From the IMG/VR virus record IMGVR_UViG_3300043425_001673, positions 1-64,000 of that record: a stretch of 64,000 bases of DNA. One strand, written 5' to 3'. Both the position numbers and the translations under genes were made by a program. The DNA is from a virus. Position 1 is the stretch's first letter. The number at the start of each line of letters is the position of its first letter. Under the pieces are notes generated by a model. That model saw only the letters and a list, made by a program, of their open reading frames with translations. It had not been told where the DNA came from and did no database searches. Shown in pieces: positions 48,395 through 57,591 of the stretch.

Positions 48395-48686
48395 ACGCAG
48401 CATGATGATGATTGAGATTGACAAAAGGGATGTTGAAATAGCGTCACTGAAAGAGCAGCTTGGTTTGTATGAATCATCGACGATGAGCATGGCAGAGGCT
48501 TTGAAAAGCATTTCCGAGCAGCTTTTCAGAGTCAGTAAATATGACGACAGGGATTGGAGTGAACTCAAGTTCATACTCGATAAATACGGTGTTGTTCTTG
48601 ATTCTTCAGTCATGACGTATCTTTCACTTGCCATACCTGAATTTGTAAGGTGGAAACTGGGACGCACCGATGAAAAGCCTGAATGA
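48369..48686 (+). CDS. hypothetical protein
   Basis: Coupled ORF. Confidence 0.45.
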   Translation: MSQTGNPFERSMMMIEIDKRDVEIASLKEQLGLYESSTMSMAEALKSISEQLFRVSKYDDRDWSELKFILDKYGVVLDSSVMTYLSLAIPEFVRWKLGRTDEKPE

Positions 48687-49257
48687 CAAGGATTACGTTC
48701 TCATGGGATTGCCGGAAAGATTCCGCAATGCCAACTGGGCTTTCATGCAAAAACATGGACTGGCATCCGATTTTGAAAAATATTTGCGAAACTTATCACT
48801 TGCCAAGGAGCAGGGAATAGGTTGTTTTATAGGTGGAATTCCATCTTCAGGAAAAAGTTACAGTGCTGCCGTGATTGCAAAGGCATTTCGGCAGAATTTT
48901 TTTTCTGTGCAATGGCTTGATGCAATTGAAGGCTATCAGCTTTTATCGTGGAATCGTGATTTTCCCGATGCTGAATATGGGACCTGGATGACAAGAGCGC
49001 TGGCAGTCGATCTTTTGATTGTGGATAACTTTGGTGCTGAGAAAGCAACGAATAGAACCAAAATCCTGCTTGATGTTGTGAAGAGAAGAGTTGATTTAAA
49101 ACTTCCAACTGTCCTCACAACAACACAAACACCAAATCAGCTTTCCGTTACTTATGATGGTGAGTCCATGGCCTGGATCAAGGATGCAATGAAGGTTGTC
49201 GAATTGAAAAAGAGAATCGAAAGTGAAAACAAAAAATTCATAGCGGATAATTTTTAA
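48670..49257 (+). CDS. DnaC/IstB-like helicase loader ATPase
   Basis: LPERF..A, Walker A GIPSSGKS, Walker B LLIVDNFGAE, PTVLTT. Confidence 0.8.
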   Translation: MKSLNDKDYVLMGLPERFRNANWAFMQKHGLASDFEKYLRNLSLAKEQGIGCFIGGIPSSGKSYSAAVIAKAFRQNFFSVQWLDAIEGYQLLSWNRDFPDAEYGTWMTRALAVDLLIVDNFGAEKATNRTKILLDVVKRRVDLKLPTVLTTTQTPNQLSVTYDGESMAWIKDAMKVVELKKRIESENKKFIADNF

Positions 49258-49258
49258 G

Positions 49259-50551
49259 ATGGATCTTGATCGCGGACTTCTTGCAGCGGTAATTCGGGAG
49301 CAGGATTTTTCGGCTTTTCAGAAGATCAGCCAGGAAATGATTCAGGGTGATTCGATAGCAGCCTATCGTTTCATTGAAGCCTACTATCTTCAGTATCAAA
49401 AAATTCCGAGCTATGACCTGATCCTGAATCAGACCAACATAGATTTGATTCAGGGGATAAATCTCAGGGAACCATCGGATTTTTTCGTTGATAAAATCAA
49501 GGAAAGGTATTTCTGGTTCAAGGCCAGGGATGGTGCGCAAAGCCTTGTGGCTGCTCTTGAAAGACAGGACAGCATTCAAAACATCAAGGCCATTCTAACG
49601 AGGATGCTTCATCAAGAACTTTATGATGCATCATCATCCGATAGTCTTCCGAGAAGTATTTTCAATAACGGCGATGAGATTCTGCGTGAGTATGAGAGAG
49701 CGAAACTTGAGGGTTTGACAGGTGTTCCAACTCCATGGCCAACAGTCAATCGCATGACCATGGGTTGGCAGCCTGAAGATTTTACTCTTTTTGTGAGTAG
49801 GCCAGGATCGGGTAAAACATTTTTGTTGATAGCCATTTTGCTGCATGCTTGGGAGTGTGGCTATAAAGTTATGCTTTTCAGTACGGAAATGAAGATTCTC
49901 GCTTTGAAGAGACGTGTCATGGCGCTTCTTACAAAACTTTCATATTCATTGATTAAAGCTGGAAGGCTTTCGCCAAGTGAATACGAAATATTTAAAGATA
50001 CTTTGCATAATTTTTCCGCTGATGATCGGTTCCTGGTTGTCGGCAACGACACCACTTTGAAGCGAAGCATCATCGAGCAGAACATAGCTATGGGAAAGCC
50101 GGATCTTGTCGGCATTGATGGTTATTACATGGTTGAAGATGATATGGAAAAGCATCAAAAGGATGATCGTGGCGCAATCTGGAAAGTCGGAAAAAAAATT
50201 GCTAAAAAATATCAGGTTCCTCTTCTCGTGACGCATCAGTTAAACCGAAAACCTCAACATGAAAAGCCGGGACAAAAACCCACTCTTGACAGGCTTGCTC
50301 ATTCCGATGCTGCGGGCATGTATGCGGACTTTGTCTTTTCCATCTGGCAGACAGAGGAAATGTTCAACGACAAAAGACTTGGCTTGAACCCAATGAAGAC
50401 TCGGGATTCGGAATTGAAGGATGCGATCGAAATAAGATGGGACCTTACCAATGGAAACTTCACGGAAATAGATCGCAACGCAGTAACCTCAGAAACCTCG
50501 CAGGTGGTGGACTACACGCAGCCTCAAGAAATTTCTGATATTCCTTTTTGA
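49259..50551 (+). CDS. dnaB: DnaB-like replicative helicase
   Basis: SRPGSGKT, FSTEM, IDGYY, HQLNR, ADFV, KTRD. Confidence 0.9.
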   Translation: MDLDRGLLAAVIREQDFSAFQKISQEMIQGDSIAAYRFIEAYYLQYQKIPSYDLILNQTNIDLIQGINLREPSDFFVDKIKERYFWFKARDGAQSLVAALERQDSIQNIKAILTRMLHQELYDASSSDSLPRSIFNNGDEILREYERAKLEGLTGVPTPWPTVNRMTMGWQPEDFTLFVSRPGSGKTFLLIAILLHAWECGYKVMLFSTEMKILALKRRVMALLTKLSYSLIKAGRLSPSEYEIFKDTLHNFSADDRFLVVGNDTTLKRSIIEQNIAMGKPDLVGIDGYYMVEDDMEKHQKDDRGAIWKVGKKIAKKYQVPLLVTHQLNRKPQHEKPGQKPTLDRLAHSDAAGMYADFVFSIWQTEEMFNDKRLGLNPMKTRDSELKDAIEIRWDLTNGNFTEIDRNAVTSETSQVVDYTQPQEISDIPF

Positions 50552-50558
50552 GAAAAAA

Positions 50559-51659
50559 ATGGACGCACAAGGCATCGAGCATATATTGCGTGAACTCGGT
50601 TCTGAGAAGATCAGAACCAAAAACAATACGGTTCATGCGACCTGTCCTTATGCGCCTTATGCGCATCAAAAAGGAAAGGACTCTCATCCGAGTTTCGGTG
50701 TTGAAATCAATAGTGCCGGGACATCCAAGTGGGGTTGTTTTGCCTGTGCGAACGGAGCCAACCAAACGTATTCGCTGATTTATCGCTTCAGGGATTATAC
50801 GGGGATATTCAGGCAGGATTTGATCGACTACATCAAGGAGCGCGAGGGGGAAAGCCTGAGCTATAAGCTTTCAAAAATGGAATGGCGTCCTGCAAAACGG
50901 GTTGAGAATCCTCAATACGTATCCTCGCGTGTGCCTGACTATGAGCCAAAATTCGATATCAAGGATTATGCAGAAGTCCTTTCCTATCTGCCGACCTATG
51001 CCATGGAAAGAGGAATCACACCGCAGCTGGCCATGCGCTGGAAACTGGGCTGGCTCAGGGCTGGCATGCAGCTGGCAGATGGTTATATCGCAAATTACGA
51101 CAGACTTTTTTTCACGATCATCGACCATGAGCAGAGGATGATAGGCTGGTCGGGACGCCTGATTCAATCCTTTCCGGCTGATTATGCCTATGCACCACCG
51201 AAGTATCATCATGCGCCTGAAATCAAAAAGGAGAAGTATCTTTACGGTGAAAACCTGATCGACACGAAGCTGAGGATTGGTTTCGTCGTCGAGAGTTTCA
51301 TGGACGTGTTGAATTTGGCTGGGTTTGGCTGGAAAAATGTCTTGGCGATTATGGGAGCAAATGCTAGCTTTACGCAATTATCAAAGCTGGCAAAATGGTT
51401 CGATCACGTTTATGTCCTAAGACATGCGGACCAAGCTGGTTTTGAAATGGCTGAAAGACTTAAAGCACAGTTAAAGACCATTGGTGTTCAATGTGAAGTT
51501 ATAGAGCCGTTGCCGGAAAGAAAAGATGCTGGCGAGTGGACAAGGCAGGAAGCCGATTGTGTACTTCAAAATCTAGGGATTGATTATGGTGTCAACGCAC
51601 AAGTTGAAGAAAAAAGCAGAGAGGGAGAAGGAAAAGCAGAAACTCATGCGAATGAGTGA
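50559..51659 (+). CDS. dnaG: DnaG-like primase
   Basis: CP..H..D..PSF..CFAC Zn finger, WSGR, PKY, TOPRIM VESFMD..DQAG..KDAGE. Confidence 0.9.
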   Translation: MDAQGIEHILRELGSEKIRTKNNTVHATCPYAPYAHQKGKDSHPSFGVEINSAGTSKWGCFACANGANQTYSLIYRFRDYTGIFRQDLIDYIKEREGESLSYKLSKMEWRPAKRVENPQYVSSRVPDYEPKFDIKDYAEVLSYLPTYAMERGITPQLAMRWKLGWLRAGMQLADGYIANYDRLFFTIIDHEQRMIGWSGRLIQSFPADYAYAPPKYHHAPEIKKEKYLYGENLIDTKLRIGFVVESFMDVLNLAGFGWKNVLAIMGANASFTQLSKLAKWFDHVYVLRHADQAGFEMAERLKAQLKTIGVQCEVIEPLPERKDAGEWTRQEADCVLQNLGIDYGVNAQVEEKSREGEGKAETHANE

Positions 51660-52206
51660 GCAGCGTTTAAAGCAGGTAAACCCGCCGACTTTCAATTTTA
51701 AGGAAAGTGATCTTCTCGTTTTGCAGCAAACTGTCAAGCAGCTTGTTTCTGCAAACAACAATCATCATGATATAATCAAGGAAGTTGAGACATCGCTTAA
51801 GGAAAAAGTGATCCAGTCTCATATCATGTGTCAGGTGATTCTCAAAATTCTTGTCGATAAAGGTCTGACGACAGTCGAGGAAGTTGATGATCTTACCCGG
51901 CAGGCTCAGACCAAGGATTCCGGGTATGTGAAAAAGAAAGGTCCAGCGAAAAGCGGGGACCTTCTTTTAATTTCATTCATGCTCTATGATTCGGCAGGTG
52001 AACTGGTTGAGGATCGCTCAAAAGAGGTTCTTGCATACAATCTGGGCAGTGGAGGACTTCCATGTGATGCTCAGCTTGAGGGTATTGTTGAACGTGAAAC
52101 AAGGCATTTGACGGTGGTGTTTGGTGAAAACTTTACCCACAAACATCTAATTGGTCATGAGTTGATGCTGCATCTTACTTGTCATGATGTGCAGGTCAAA
52201 GCTTGA
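51580..52206 (+). CDS. coiled-coil protein with a trigger-factor/FKBP-like C-terminal domain
   Basis: AKSGD...ISF..G..LGSG......L.G....E....V.F.EN.....L.G. Confidence 0.6.
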   Translation: MIMVSTHKLKKKAEREKEKQKLMRMSEQRLKQVNPPTFNFKESDLLVLQQTVKQLVSANNNHHDIIKEVETSLKEKVIQSHIMCQVILKILVDKGLTTVEEVDDLTRQAQTKDSGYVKKKGPAKSGDLLLISFMLYDSAGELVEDRSKEVLAYNLGSGGLPCDAQLEGIVERETRHLTVVFGENFTHKHLIGHELMLHLTCHDVQVKA

Positions 52207-52798
52207 CTTTTCCCACTCCAAAAAGGGGAAAAGCCGAATGGGATTGAATGAATGTGCTTTTTTACTGATGTCGTGCATAAGCCTTGTGAAGCCCTTGAAA
52301 AAGGACCTTTCACATCTGGATAACCAGGAAATCAAAAGGTATAACCTCGCTATCAATGAAGCAGCACTGCGTTACAACATAAGTCCTTATCTTTTGCTGG
52401 CCATTTTCAAGGTTGAATCCAACTTTGGACGCAACATGGTTTCGCAGACCAATGATCACGGACCTATGCAAATCAATACGTGGTGGTTCAGGCGTCTTGG
52501 AATCAGCAAGAAAACGGTCCGCAGTCCAGAGGGAGCGATGGTGGTCGCAGCCAAGATTTTGGATTATGCGCGTGAAGACCAGGGAAAAAACCGCAGGTGC
52601 TGGTGGTCGGCATACCATAGTGTGACGCCTGAGTATCGAAGGATATATGAAGCCAGCATTTTAAAAGCTTTGCGAGATATGGGATTTCGTGCAAACTGTA
52701 GCTCAGAGTTTTTAAACAGTTATTTGTCTGCTCTTGAGGTTACTGCTCAGCTTCGCGTTGACGCAGGCGCAATTTTGGCATCACATAATCCCGAGTGA
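52184..52798 (+). CDS. lytic transglycosylase (SLT)
   Basis: LLLAIFKVESNF, D.GPMQIN..W, AYHS.TP; likely ATG at 52238. Confidence 0.85.
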   Translation: MMCRSKLDFSHSKKGKSRMGLNECAFLLMSCISLVKPLKKDLSHLDNQEIKRYNLAINEAALRYNISPYLLLAIFKVESNFGRNMVSQTNDHGPMQINTWWFRRLGISKKTVRSPEGAMVVAAKILDYAREDQGKNRRCWWSAYHSVTPEYRRIYEASILKALRDMGFRANCSSEFLNSYLSALEVTAQLRVDAGAILASHNPE

Positions 52799-55106
52799 AT
52801 TTGAGTTCAGTCACATGCGTATTTTGTTTTATGCTAAGAGTCCTGATGCGACAGAGGTTTATAGGGTTCAGATTCCAGGCAAGTATCTTGCGAGAAAGCC
52901 TGGGATCGAAGTCCGCATGACTTACGCTGAAAAGCATCCCAAGTTTCCTGATTCCGGTGTGAAAAATCATGACATTCAGTGGGCTGATGCGATCATCTTT
53001 CAAAGGCCAGCGACTGAACTTGTTCTGAACGTTCTGAAAATCATCAAAAATAACCATCCTGACAAAATCATCCTGCTCGACTACGACGACGACTATTACA
53101 GCGTTCCAACCTGGAATCCTGGATATACCTTCATTCGAGTCAATGAGAAGTTCTGGCCACAGTTTCCGGCTCTCGTCGATGGAGTTATCACATCGACCGA
53201 GCCTTTGGCTGATGTCTTCAGACAAAAAACGGACAAGCCGATAACGGTGATTCCGAACGGATTCGATTTTGAGGAATTTGATCAGATAGAGTCAGCGCCG
53301 GATCTTTTCATTGAAAACCCTGGCTACGACAAGAAGGCAAACAAGTCCTATCGAAACTACAGTCTGAACCTCAATGAGTTTCGAGCGGTCCAGGAAGGCA
53401 GGCATCTGATCACCTGGGCTGGTTCAAGATTTCACTTCATGGATCTTGAATACATTGCAGAGGACGTGAAAAAGATCATCAAGGAACGCAGTGATGTGAA
53501 CTTCATGTTTGTCAGTTATTTGCAGGCGAACGTGCTGAAGGATGCACCACCAAACAGAATTTACAGCACAGCCGGAATGAGTCCTGTGTCAAGATTCTAT
53601 GGCCTTTTGAAGGCGCTTGATTCGGACATCATGCTGGCACCGCTTGATCCTTGTCAGTTTAACCGGAGTAAGTGTGTTGTTGGGGGAACCAGAGTAGTCA
53701 CAAGAAATGGCATATTTGAAATTAAAGATTTGGTTCCCCATAGAATTAACGATGCCATTACACCTATTGAAACATCAGTATGGGTTGATCAGGATCAAAA
53801 TTGGAAAGCTGCTAAGGCTTCTTATTTTGCTCTGAATCAAGCAACAATTAAACTTCAGACATCATTTGGATATGAGATAGAAGGTACTGAAGATCATCGC
53901 ATTCAAAATAAGGACGGTGACTGGGTAAAGCTTTCTGATTTTCGACTAGGTGATGAGATTAAATTATCGCCATTTGAATTTCCTGAAGTTCCTTATCAAA
54001 TGACGCAATGGCCATTTATGACGAGCAGGGTTGAATTGAATTTCCCTGATTTTGAGGCATTGAATTGCGCCAAGTTGATTATAAACGAAGATTGGGGACG
54101 GCTATTAGGTTATATTCTTGGTGATGGTTATATGAATGGAGTCAATCGTGTTCAGATAAGTTGTACGAGTGATCATACTGATGTGATTGAAGATGTAGAG
54201 AGACTTTTTCATTCAATTGGTTTGCGATCATTTAGATCACAAAAAAAGCCGAAAAAAACAGCCAAAGGCGTGGATATAGTGGTAACAAGCACTCATCTTA
54301 TGCGATGGCTCAAACATCATAATTTGATAGGTCCAAAAGGGAAGGTTTTTAGAATTCCAGAATTTATAATGAAAAGTCCAAAGTCGGTTATCTGTGAGTT
54401 TTTGAGGGGATTGTTTGAGTCTGATGGTTATACTGTTGAGCATGATCAGTGTCTTGTTGGTCTGACAAGTAAAAGTAGAGAACTTTTACAGGATGTGCAA
54501 TTTTTGTTATTAGGCTTTGGTATCAAATCAAAGATTGTATCCAAGAAGATTAAACTTCAACAATGGTTAGAGCCAAGGCATTATTGGGAGTTACAACTTC
54601 GGTCTAAATCATCTCGAATTTTCCATGAGAAAATAAATTTTATTTCCTGTAAAAAGCGTGAAAAATTAGCTGTTCGGACTAAGTCAAAGCCAAGCAACAG
54701 AACTGATGATTGGGATTGGTCTGACAGTGTTGTATCCATACAAAAATCAGTGGCAGATGTTTTTGACATCACTGTTCCTGGTCCTAATTATTATCTTGCA
54801 AATGGTTTTGTGAGCCATAACAGCAATTTAAAAATTTTGGAAATGATGGCACTTAAGGCTTTCCCGGTTTGCAGCCGTTGGGATGCCTATGAGGATGATC
54901 TTGATCCAGAACTGAACGACGACACTACGCATGGACTTTTGGTCGGCTATGAGCGTGGTGATTGGTATCGCGCAATGAATGAAGCCTTGGAGCGATCCAG
55001 GGACAAATCCTTCAAGGCAGTCAATGACGCTTATGTGAGAGCAACGCACGATGCGAGTCTGCGTTCAGATTTATACATCTCATTCATCGAAAGTTTGAAA
55101 AAATGA
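52734..55106 (+). CDS. GT-B (GT4-like) glycosyltransferase containing an intein
   Basis: YRVQIP, IIFQR, DYDDD, STEPL, IPNG, WAGS, APL...FN.SK|SNLK.LE; likely ATG at 52815. Confidence 0.85.
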   Translation: MRLLLSFALTQAQFWHHIIPSEFEFSHMRILFYAKSPDATEVYRVQIPGKYLARKPGIEVRMTYAEKHPKFPDSGVKNHDIQWADAIIFQRPATELVLNVLKIIKNNHPDKIILLDYDDDYYSVPTWNPGYTFIRVNEKFWPQFPALVDGVITSTEPLADVFRQKTDKPITVIPNGFDFEEFDQIESAPDLFIENPGYDKKANKSYRNYSLNLNEFRAVQEGRHLITWAGSRFHFMDLEYIAEDVKKIIKERSDVNFMFVSYLQANVLKDAPPNRIYSTAGMSPVSRFYGLLKALDSDIMLAPLDPCQFNRSKCVVGGTRVVTRNGIFEIKDLVPHRINDAITPIETSVWVDQDQNWKAAKASYFALNQATIKLQTSFGYEIEGTEDHRIQNKDGDWVKLSDFRLGDEIKLSPFEFPEVPYQMTQWPFMTSRVELNFPDFEALNCAKLIINEDWGRLLGYILGDGYMNGVNRVQISCTSDHTDVIEDVERLFHSIGLRSFRSQKKPKKTAKGVDIVVTSTHLMRWLKHHNLIGPKGKVFRIPEFIMKSPKSVICEFLRGLFESDGYTVEHDQCLVGLTSKSRELLQDVQFLLLGFGIKSKIVSKKIKLQQWLEPRHYWELQLRSKSSRIFHEKINFISCKKREKLAVRTKSKPSNRTDDWDWSDSVVSIQKSVADVFDITVPGPNYYLANGFVSHNSNLKILEMMALKAFPVCSRWDAYEDDLDPELNDDTTHGLLVGYERGDWYRAMNEALERSRDKSFKAVNDAYVRATHDASLRSDLYISFIESLKK
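52794..52811. promoter_or_regulatory. 18-bp palindromic motif, copy 5 (AGTGAATTTGAGTTCAGT)
   Basis: Overlaps the SLT stop; ends just before the ATG at 52815. Confidence 0.7.
53673..54821 (+). mobile_element. intein with LAGLIDADG homing endonuclease (383 aa)
   Basis: Begins CVVGGTRV, block B GTEDHRI, LLGYILGDG and FLRGLFESDG, ends VFDITV..ANGFVSHN followed by Ser. Confidence 0.95.
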
Positions 55107-57403
55107 AATACTCGCTCATTATTCCGACTGTAAAGCAGACAGAACTTGTGCGGTCCTGTATCGAGAAGATTAAAAAATTTGAAGTGAAGGACACCTATGA
55201 AATCATAGTTGTCGATGATGGTAGTGATTACAACACTCAGATTTGGCTGCGTGGTTATTGTCAAAAGCATGAAGTGAAATTCATTGCAAAAGAGGATAAC
55301 CGTGGTTTTGCGCACACGGTCAACACCGGGCTGCGTGAGGCCAAGGGTGAGTATCTGATTCTGGTCAATAACGACATCGAATGGCTGAAGCCGATTCTTT
55401 GGAAGTTTGATCAGATATTCCAGGCCAATTCCGCTATCGGTGTCATTGGTGCGAAGCTGATGTTTCCCCCTGGTGAAATCGTTCAGCATGCCGGGGTTTG
55501 TCGTGTTGGCAAGACCGCACATTTCGTTCATATCAACAAGCAAAGTCCGCGCAATCATCCAAGTGTCAATGTCAGTCGATACTTTGAAAGCGTGACTGGT
55601 GCGCTCTACGGCATCAGGCGTGAGGCTTTTGAGAAAATCGGTTACTGGAACGAGAACTATTTTTTAAGCTGCGAGGATACGGAATACTCCCTGAGAGCAT
55701 GGCAGGCTGGTTATCGGGTGTTCTATTCCCATGAGATTGAAGCCATTCATCATGAGGGATACACCAGGGGTAATACCGATCACACCAAAAAGGTGAAAGG
55801 TCTTGTCTGGTTTCAAAAGGAGCGTGAAACGCTTCCAAAGTTTTATGAGGATGTGAAGCGCTATAACCTGGACGCGATTTCCTCAACCGTTCATAGGCTG
55901 AACTCCGACACCAAAGCTGCAGCTGAAAATGTTCCGATTCAGCAGCCGCCACGAAAACCCAAAAAGCTGGAAGTCGGCTGTGGCAATTTCCCGCAGCCCG
56001 GTTACATTCATCTTGATGTGCGGAAATTTGATCACATTGATGTTGTCTGTGACTTTTCCAAGGAAAAGCTGCCGTTCCCTGATAATGACCTGGATGAAAT
56101 TCTATCGAATCATTCCATCGAGCATATCAGCTGGCGACTGCTTCCCCATGTTATCGGTGAATGGTTCAGAACGCTGCGTCCAGGCGGTCGCGTATTTTTC
56201 AGAACGCCGGATCTTGAGTTCATTTGCCGAACCTATCTTCAAAGCAAGACCACGCCAGAGCATCCCAACGATGAAGGCTGGGTGAGGGACCATTACGGTG
56301 CGGTGAGTCCTGCATGGTGGGCCAACATCAAGCTGTTTGCTGGTCAGGACTATCCCAGCAATTTTCATTTCCTGGCTTTTGATTTTGAAATGGCCAAGCT
56401 GGTTTTGGAAAAGCATGGCTTTGTGCGGGTGAAAAGACTTCAGATTGAGCCTGTCTTTAGTCCTGGGGAACTTCAGATTGAAGCCTATAAGCCTGACGGC
56501 TCTCTCGCTGTTCCTGAAATCAGCATCAATCGCATTCTGGTCAAAAGACGTGCTGCCATGGGTGATGTCGTTCTCACAACTCCGATCGTAAGACGCCTAA
56601 GGGAAATTCACGGACCTGATGCGATCATAGATGTGGCAAGCGACTGTGGCTCAGTCTATGTCGGCAATCCTTATGTCAATGGGGTTTACGGCAACAATCA
56701 TTCGCCGAATGGATACAGTCAGGTGATCGACCTGAACTTTGCCTACGAGAAAAAACCTGAGCAGCATGTCATAGAGAGTTATACGGAAGTCGCATTTCCG
56801 AATGGAGTCGATGGAACCTATGACAAACGTACTGAGATTTTTCCGACCGACCAGGACAGGGATATCATCCTTGAAAAGCTGAAGGCGAACGGACTTAATC
56901 CTGAACGCTGCATTGTGATGCATCCTGCTGTGAGTTGGAAAAATCGAACATGGCCAAAGGATCGCTGGCAGAAGACCGCTGAACTTCTGGCCAAGGAGGA
57001 TTACAAGATCATAGTCCTTGGAGCCGGTGCTGATCATAAATGGCAGGCACCAGGAGTCTTTGATTTAAGCGGTAAACTGACGATACAGCAGATTGCATAT
57101 CTGATCGGCATGTCGGCTTGTTTCGTGGGGAGCGATTCAGGTCTGCTTCATGTTGCGGGCACAACCAAAACGCCAATCGTCGGGATTTTCACCAGCGCAA
57201 AAGGTGAATGGCGGGTTCCTTTCAGAAATGGCGAATATGGGGGGGATTGCAGCATAGTCAAACCCTCCATTGAGTGCTATGGTTGTCTCGCAAAAGAGAA
57301 CCGGCCAGCGGTCTTCTGTGATTGCAGGCGCGGTGATTACGCTTGTTTGGCTCAGATTACTCCCGAGATGGTTGTGAAAGCCGTTAAGGAGTTTTTGGTA
57401 TGA
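55103..57403 (+). CDS. GT2 - SAM methyltransferase - GT9 (heptosyltransferase-like) triple fusion
   Basis: IIVVDDGS/NND/EDTEY; LEVGCG..LRPGG; AMGDV..TP, W..D.W, DLSGKL, GSDSGLLH. Confidence 0.9.
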   Translation: MKYSLIIPTVKQTELVRSCIEKIKKFEVKDTYEIIVVDDGSDYNTQIWLRGYCQKHEVKFIAKEDNRGFAHTVNTGLREAKGEYLILVNNDIEWLKPILWKFDQIFQANSAIGVIGAKLMFPPGEIVQHAGVCRVGKTAHFVHINKQSPRNHPSVNVSRYFESVTGALYGIRREAFEKIGYWNENYFLSCEDTEYSLRAWQAGYRVFYSHEIEAIHHEGYTRGNTDHTKKVKGLVWFQKERETLPKFYEDVKRYNLDAISSTVHRLNSDTKAAAENVPIQQPPRKPKKLEVGCGNFPQPGYIHLDVRKFDHIDVVCDFSKEKLPFPDNDLDEILSNHSIEHISWRLLPHVIGEWFRTLRPGGRVFFRTPDLEFICRTYLQSKTTPEHPNDEGWVRDHYGAVSPAWWANIKLFAGQDYPSNFHFLAFDFEMAKLVLEKHGFVRVKRLQIEPVFSPGELQIEAYKPDGSLAVPEISINRILVKRRAAMGDVVLTTPIVRRLREIHGPDAIIDVASDCGSVYVGNPYVNGVYGNNHSPNGYSQVIDLNFAYEKKPEQHVIESYTEVAFPNGVDGTYDKRTEIFPTDQDRDIILEKLKANGLNPERCIVMHPAVSWKNRTWPKDRWQKTAELLAKEDYKIIVLGAGADHKWQAPGVFDLSGKLTIQQIAYLIGMSACFVGSDSGLLHVAGTTKTPIVGIFTSAKGEWRVPFRNGEYGGDCSIVKPSIECYGCLAKENRPAVFCDCRRGDYACLAQITPEMVVKAVKEFLV

Positions 57404-57591
57404 TGAACACTGAAGCGATGTATTATTTGCTTCTGGTTTTGGTTTTTTTTATAGGATTTATTCTTGGTGCGATTGTGGTGCTTTGGAATTTTGCAAAGGA
57501 CAAAAGCATTGCCCGTATTGGTGAAGATGATGTCATTGTAAAAAAATCAGAGTTGGAGCATTTTAAAAGACGTTACGTTGAACATGATTGA
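57400..57591 (+). CDS. small membrane protein
   Basis: Single hydrophobic helix. Confidence 0.55.
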   Translation: MMNTEAMYYLLLVLVFFIGFILGAIVVLWNFAKDKSIARIGEDDVIVKKSELEHFKRRYVEHD

